Shown piece after piece: positions 63,335 to 64,000 of a stretch of DNA of 64,000 nt. The notes under the pieces are model-generated. The model was not told the DNA's origin, searched no databases, and saw only the letters and a program-made list of their open reading frames with translations. Within the stretch, counting starts at the first letter, position 1, and each line of letters opens with the position of its first letter. The DNA comes from Marsupella aquatica (taxonomy: Eukaryota; Plantae; Marchantiophyta), in assembly GCA_973895155.1 (NCBI GenBank), contig OZ316892.1, forward strand, positions 1,130,917 to 1,194,916, written 5' to 3'. Both the position numbers and the translations under genes were made by a program.

Positions 63335-63382
<48 letters not shown>
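63335..63382 (+). repeat. (CT)24 microsatellite
   Basis: Pure CT run. Confidence 0.97.
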
Positions 63383-63384
<2 letters not shown>

Positions 63385-64000
63385 CCAGGGCCAGTATCTC
63401 CTCGGTTCCTTCACCTTTCCCCCCACACTCGAGCCAGTTATGCTGGATTCACAGTCGGGCTGCTTTCTGGCTCCTGGTTGCCTCTCCCTAACGCTTCCTC
63501 AGACCACTTGGGGCTAATTATCGAGTGGTTGTCAAGGGAGTAGCTCCACAACAGATTCACCGATTCCATATCCTCCGGGTGATGGTGTTGACTGGGTCCC
63601 GTCTGGGTGATGGAGCGGTCTGGGTTCTCTACAGTTTTTGGAGCGCCCTGTTCGGTGGGACCTCACGGTCGGCATACCTTCTCATGGTCTTTTTTTTGAG
63701 GGTGGGCAGGGTTGATATTTCCGGCATTGGTTATTGATGGTTCATTCTCCAGCTCAATGGTTGTTTCTCCAGCACCATTCTGTTCCACCTACACGTCTGA
63801 GCTTTGCAATTGTTCTTCTTCACGTTCTCGACTAACACAGCAGTAGCTCTCTCCGTATATAGCTTTTGGCTCCTCGCACATATAGTTGGAGAAACCGGGT
63901 TTGTTTCACGCATATTATGAATTGCGTATAGATAGTAGATTCCGGGTCCATCCTCTTTCTTCTCCTTTGGCTCATCTCGTGTCACCAGCCATTAGTGTTC

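Noticed and set aside
52400-64000. Terminal inverted repeats/TSD for the P-like transposase
   Set aside because: No convincing inverted pair found by eye; element boundaries remain undefined.

Overview
Eukaryotic nuclear DNA from a land plant; a bryophyte or liverwort origin is an inference from gene style, not proven. Host genes with GT-AG introns I could place by hand: a SULTR4-type sulfate transporter (-), an ASH2/TRAUCO-like SPRY protein (+) carrying a 19-unit lysine-rich repeat tail, a large acidic low-complexity protein with a hydrophobic C-terminus (-), and a carbonyl-reductase-type SDR (-) whose upstream leader region is duplicated. There are also an intronless F-box gene (-) and an intronless G-patch gene of PINX1/GPATCH4 type (+). 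Intergenic DNA holds a clean Copia-type solo LTR with a 5-bp TSD, nested foldback/MITE elements, a SINE-like head, a Helitron 3' end, a 5'-truncated LINE and many mini/microsatellites. The most striking feature is 53142-57848 (-). Six separate ORFs join into one ~1530-codon, single-intron reading frame with P-element/THAP9-type transposase motifs. It is broken only by four in-frame TAG/TGA stops, each one C->T change from CAG/CGA, and has no frameshift. All calls come from reading the sequence by eye; no searches were run.
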